A stretch of DNA of 64,000 nucleotides from an uncultured candidate division Zixibacteria bacterium (GTDB lineage Bacteria > Zixibacteria > MSB-5A5 > GN15 > FEB-12): positions 544,001 to 608,000 of the forward strand of contig OY760907.1 of the NCBI GenBank assembly GCA_963664195.1, read 5' to 3'. Under the pieces are notes generated by a model. The model made no database searches and had not been told where the DNA came from. It was given only the letters and a program-made list of their open reading frames with translations. Made by a program: the position numbers and the translations under genes. Below, piece after piece: positions 59,987-64,000 of this stretch (the stretch's first letter is position 1; every line of letters starts with the position of its first letter).

Positions 59987-61714
59987 CTATATGCTCAAGC
60001 TCCGGTATCCTTTGCGGATATCGAAGACTGACTTGGTTATGACGTACGCCGTGTAAAGTGAAATCAACACACCCCAGAACAGGGTGACTGCGAAGCCCTT
60101 GATCGGACCGGATCCAAACAGGAAAAGGGCGCCGGCAGTGATTAGCGTCGTAACGTGAGAGTCGAAGATAGCGACAAACGCGCGCTCGTAACCGGCATCG
60201 ATCGAAGCACGGATTGTCTTGCCGGTCCTGATTTCCTCACGAATACGCTCGAAGATCAGGATGTTTGCATCGACAGAAATACCAATTGTCAGAATGATAC
60301 CTGCTATACCCGGCATGGTCAACGTAGCTCCCATGGTGGCCATGACTGCCAACAGGAAGAAGATATTGAAGACCAGGCCGATGTCGGCAATTACGCCGGA
60401 CAATCGGTAGTAGACTCCGATATACAGAAGCACCAGGGCCAGACCGAAAAGCGAGGAGATGAATCCTTTACTGATCGAGTCTGCACCGAGAGAGGCACCA
60501 ACCAGGTTCTTTTCGATGAACTCAACCGGGGCAGGAAGTGCACCGGCTTCAAGCACGATCTGCAGGTTGCGGGCATCTTTGAGCGTGGCGGTGGAACCCA
60601 TCGTAATGGTACCGTCGCCACGAATCTTGGAGTTGATAATCGCGGCCGACTCAACCTTGCCGTCGATCACAATCGCGAGCGGCTTGCTGATGTTGGCTCC
60701 GGTTAACTGGGCGAACCGGCCTGCGGCTTCAGGCGTGATACGGAAATTGACCTGTTGCCCGCCGTACTGCCCGGTACTGAGAGCAATGTTGGTCAGGTAA
60801 TTGCCCAGGAACTGGACCTTGCGCTTCAACAAATACAGGTTGTAGACTTCGCGACTGTCGCTGATCTCCGGTCGCGTCGACCAGCCAAACTGAACGTCGA
60901 TCGGGATCAGGGCCTTTACGGCCGGGAGATTCAGCCAACGGTCGATTTTCGGTTTGTCCTTTTTGACTACCGTGAAACCCGGGAACATCTCATTCTGCCG
61001 GTTATTCAGATAGGCGCTTAAGCGCGACGACAGCGGTCGTGTGTCGTCCTCGACACCAAAGTCTTCGTCGAAAGCAAAGGCGCTTGTGTCACCGGCGGCA
61101 CCGGTATCGCCCATCATCTCGGCAAGGATGTCCTCGCCCTCTTCGACCTCAGCGGTCTCGGTGGTTTCAGCCTGACTGTCAGCCGGCTTCTCTTCGGCAG
61201 TCCCGTCAGCCGCCGCCGTGGCAACTTCGTAAGCGTAGATTACTGAATCCAACTTTTGCAGCAACAGCGTCGCGTTGGAGTAGTTTTCGAGCAGCTTGAA
61301 CTCGAGGAGGGCCGTCTGGCCGATAAGATCCTCGGCGCGCTCGGCGTCGGTATAACCCGGCAGATCGACAATGATTCGATCCTGCCCCTGTTTCTGAATG
61401 ACCGGTTCGGCAACACCGAGACCGTCGATACGAGTGCGAATGACCTGGATGGCCCGGTCAACAGCACCCTCGCGGCTGGCCTCGTCCATCTCTTCCATTT
61501 TCACACGCAGGACAACGTGGATACCACCCTGCAAATCCAATCCTAGCCGGATTGCTTCCTGCTGAAGCTTCAGCAGATCGCCGGGGGCGTTCTCCTGCAT
61601 CTCGGCCTTCTCTGCATCGCTCATAGTCCAGAGATTGAAGGTGTTGTAAAATGCCAAACACCCCAGCGCAATCAATGCGACTGTAAGAATCAGGCGCCAT
61701 TTCTGACCAGACAT
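59987..61714 (-). CDS. secD: Protein translocase subunit SecD
   Basis: LGLDLQGG, RIDGLGVAEP, AGALPAP and VDANILIFERIREE. Confidence 0.96.
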   Translation of the reverse strand: MSGQKWRLILTVALIALGCLAFYNTFNLWTMSDAEKAEMQENAPGDLLKLQQEAIRLGLDLQGGIHVVLRVKMEEMDEASREGAVDRAIQVIRTRIDGLGVAEPVIQKQGQDRIIVDLPGYTDAERAEDLIGQTALLEFKLLENYSNATLLLQKLDSVIYAYEVATAAADGTAEEKPADSQAETTETAEVEEGEDILAEMMGDTGAAGDTSAFAFDEDFGVEDDTRPLSSRLSAYLNNRQNEMFPGFTVVKKDKPKIDRWLNLPAVKALIPIDVQFGWSTRPEISDSREVYNLYLLKRKVQFLGNYLTNIALSTGQYGGQQVNFRITPEAAGRFAQLTGANISKPLAIVIDGKVESAAIINSKIRGDGTITMGSTATLKDARNLQIVLEAGALPAPVEFIEKNLVGASLGADSISKGFISSLFGLALVLLYIGVYYRLSGVIADIGLVFNIFFLLAVMATMGATLTMPGIAGIILTIGISVDANILIFERIREEIRTGKTIRASIDAGYERAFVAIFDSHVTTLITAGALFLFGSGPIKGFAVTLFWGVLISLYTAYVITKSVFDIRKGYRSLSI

Positions 61715-61775
61715 ACATGTTCCTTTCTATATACACAAAACTACAGGTAACTTGTTATGAATCTTCAGTGTGAGT

Positions 61776-61839
61776 GAAAAAGCGGCACGACCTCGTCACG
61801 CGATCACACGGGAGCGTTTGGGCGAGGTACTGGTCCGCT
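61776..61839 (-). terminator. Attenuator/terminator-like hairpin in the secD leader
   Basis: Minus strand agcgg..acctcg..acgc / gcgt..cgaggt..ccgct followed by a T-run. Confidence 0.5.
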
Positions 61840-61847
61840 AAGGGGAG

Positions 61848-62291
61848 CTAGCTGGTGCCCGAGGGTCGAGCGCCTACAAGAGTGAATTGTCTACCCAGAG
61901 TCGAGGAGACTTCGGCAGAGGTCGATGGCACGTGACCGTCGGACATCTCATGCGCCAACGTGGCGCGGAAATCGTGGGAGGCGGCCAGACAGGACCGGAG
62001 CCGTTGCTGATCGTGCAAAGTCGGTAACAGCGTCACGGCCTGAAAAATCGCCGCCTGTTCGGTCCAGGGACGCCCGCCAGTGTCGTCCATACCCTGATTC
62101 GGTTTTTCCGAGTCGGGCGTAGCGATCAACAGCGGAGGGTCATCGACAGACTTCACGGTCGGCTGACTATCTTCAGCAAACATCCGGGCGGCCGCATTGG
62201 CCCCCGAGAGGCCGAGGGCCAGAATGGCAAGAACCACGACGCTGCATTTGCCGCAGGCAACTATTTTGTCTAGTATGTGTTTCATAAACAT
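61848..62291 (-). CDS. Secreted leader protein upstream of secDF (candidate arrest peptide)
   Basis: Signal-like N-terminus (VVVLAILALGLSGANAAA), low-complexity linker, C-terminus LGRQFTLVGARPSGTS. Confidence 0.6.
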   Translation of the reverse strand: MFMKHILDKIVACGKCSVVVLAILALGLSGANAAARMFAEDSQPTVKSVDDPPLLIATPDSEKPNQGMDDTGGRPWTEQAAIFQAVTLLPTLHDQQRLRSCLAASHDFRATLAHEMSDGHVPSTSAEVSSTLGRQFTLVGARPSGTS

Positions 62292-62304
62292 CTGAGTCAG
62301 GCGT

Positions 62305-62332
62305 AATATAGGGGGTGTCGGCAAATAGTCAA
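62305..62332 (-). promoter_or_regulatory. Sigma70 promoter for the leader-secDF unit
   Basis: TTGACT-16 nt-TATATT, ending 13 nt before ATG 62291. Confidence 0.55.
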
Positions 62333-62351
62333 TCCAAATAACACCTCCGGC

Positions 62352-62380
62352 TTGACATACTAGCGGGCGACGGTTAGCTT
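62352..62380 (+). promoter_or_regulatory. Sigma70 promoter for the M16 peptidase
   Basis: TTGACA-17 nt-TAGCTT. Confidence 0.55.
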
Positions 62381-62454
62381 AACTCGTTGATTGATTTAAG
62401 GATGTGTTAAGTGACGCAGATTTTGACCATTTTAGCCGAGGGAAATCGCCTGTG

Positions 62455-64000
62455 ATGAAGGAAATGCCCCATAGTCTGGCCAGAACAGCCCTGCTGGGCT
62501 GTCTCATACTGCTGATATCAGCTTCCTCTGTCGCGGCCGCCGAGACTGCGTTCGCGCTCGAAAACGACATGCAGGTGATCCTTCAGGAAAATCACAGTTG
62601 TCCGATGATTTCCTCGATTATCTTCGTCAAGTCCGGTTCCAGGTATGAATCGGAATACGAAAACGGAATGACGCATTTCCTTGAGCATCTGCTTTTCGAC
62701 GGCACTGCGAATCTAACCCGCGATGAACTCGACAGCTCAATCGATGACCTCGGCGGCTATATCAACGCCTTCACGCGCAAGGACCTGACCGGATACCTGG
62801 TAGTATTGCCGAAGCAGTACATTGATTACGGTATGACCGTGCAGGCGGACATGCTGTTCAATTCGATCTTTCCGGAGGACGAACTGGCGAAAGAGCGGAA
62901 GGTGGTAATCGAGGAAATCAATCAATACAAAGACTCGCCCGGCGACGCCGCCGAGGCCTTTTTCACTGAGAAGGCTTACGCGAACACAGACTACGCGCGA
63001 CCGGTGTTGGGCTACACGTCGTTGATTGAGAACATCCCCCGAGAGGCAATTGTCGCCTACTGGAAGAAATACTATACGCCAGACAGAATGACCATGCTCG
63101 TCATTGGTGATTTCGATTCCAAGAAGATGAAAGAGAGCATCCGCTCGGTCTTTGGCGGCTTTGCGTCTGGCGAAGCCGGAGCTACTTCCAAAGGTAGCAC
63201 GATGAAGCCTGATCGGGCAAAACTCGCCGAGGGCAAACACCGCCAGGGCAGTATTATCGGACAACATCGGTTCGATACGGCTGCCAACGTGCAATCGACG
63301 TACGTGAGCTTCTCTATCGCGGCCCCGCATGTCTCCAGTGCAGATTACCTCCCGTTCGATCTGCTGACCACATACCTGTCGATGGAAGACCTCTCCCCTC
63401 TCAAACAAGCCCTGCTGGGCGGCGACACGCCGCTGGCGACCGAAGTGGGGATATCGCTTGATCCGAAAGAGGAATTCTCACGGCTGGAGCTGTCGATCAT
63501 CACCGACAATCCCGACAATCCCGACAGCATTATCGCAGTAACGGTGGAACAGCTCAAAGCAGCGAGTAGTCTTGAGGCCGACTCGGCCATGATTGCCGGC
63601 ATAAAAACCAGCGTCCGCTGTGAGGCTCTTTACAATGCGGAGAAGCTGCATTACTACGGTTTTCTCATTGCGCCACTGGTGATGAGCGCCGGTTGGGACT
63701 TTATCCAGAGCTACCCCGACTCTATATCAGAAGTTGATTGGAGCAGGTGTACGCTTGCGGCTGATAAATGGCTCGTCAATCCTGATTATGTCGTCACGAC
63801 GGTTCGCCCGGCTGATTCTGCCGAAGTTGCCTACACGCCGGAGGAACCGACAGCCGAGGCGGTGACAGCTTTTTTCGACACCACGACCTTCCCGACCTAC
63901 GAGCTTGTCGAAGGACATCACATTTCCTTCCCGAATGTCGACTCGGTATCGTTTGAGCTGATCGACAACTCAGTGTATCACCGTGAGGTTTTCCAGAACG
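62455..64000 (+). CDS. M16 (pitrilysin/insulinase) zinc peptidase, runs off the window end
   Basis: Not in the ORF track. Signal peptide, then GSRYE...GMTHFLEHLLFDGT (HxxEH), GGYINAFT and ERKVVIEE. Confidence 0.92.
   Translation, partial: MKEMPHSLARTALLGCLILLISASSVAAAETAFALENDMQVILQENHSCPMISSIIFVKSGSRYESEYENGMTHFLEHLLFDGTANLTRDELDSSIDDLGGYINAFTRKDLTGYLVVLPKQYIDYGMTVQADMLFNSIFPEDELAKERKVVIEEINQYKDSPGDAAEAFFTEKAYANTDYARPVLGYTSLIENIPREAIVAYWKKYYTPDRMTMLVIGDFDSKKMKESIRSVFGGFASGEAGATSKGSTMKPDRAKLAEGKHRQGSIIGQHRFDTAANVQSTYVSFSIAAPHVSSADYLPFDLLTTYLSMEDLSPLKQALLGGDTPLATEVGISLDPKEEFSRLELSIITDNPDNPDSIIAVTVEQLKAASSLEADSAMIAGIKTSVRCEALYNAEKLHYYGFLIAPLVMSAGWDFIQSYPDSISEVDWSRCTLAADKWLVNPDYVVTTVRPADSAEVAYTPEEPTAEAVTAFFDTTTFPTYELVEGHHISFPNVDSVSFELIDNSVYHREVFQN

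Overview
A gene-dense window of a diderm bacterial chromosome, roughly 55-60% GC by eye. The gene repertoire (DUF4159/DUF4175/DUF2723, PlpD-like patatin barrel, barrel-fused SppA) resembles FCB-like lineages such as Zixibacteria; that placement is inference only. Most of it is housekeeping: lon (partial), ychF, nfo, dciA-gyrB, rpsF-rpsR-rplI, pth, glnA, secD-secF, copA, an M16 peptidase (partial), a minor type IV pilin trio and a two-component system. Accessory features are a three-gene defence-like islet at about 19.9-22.5 kb, a single-chain restriction-modification enzyme at 34.1-37.5 kb and REP-like hairpins scattered through intergenic regions. The main unexplained signals are: (i) a secreted leader ORF followed by a terminator-like hairpin directly upstream of secDF, a candidate translation-arrest monitoring substrate with a non-RAPP C-terminus; (ii) a promoter-led, heavily base-paired 220-430 nt region without a credible ORF at 22.67-23.10 kb, a candidate ncRNA; (iii) a gene-repeat-gene-repeat cassette built on a 120-bp REP-ended repeat, with an internal amber codon in one cassette gene; (iv) an oxidoreductase that appears to need a CTG start; and (v) a GSI-beta glutamine synthetase lacking the adenylylation tyrosine. 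No tRNA, rRNA, CRISPR array, integrase or transposase was recognised. All calls come from reading motifs by eye; no database search or folding program was run.
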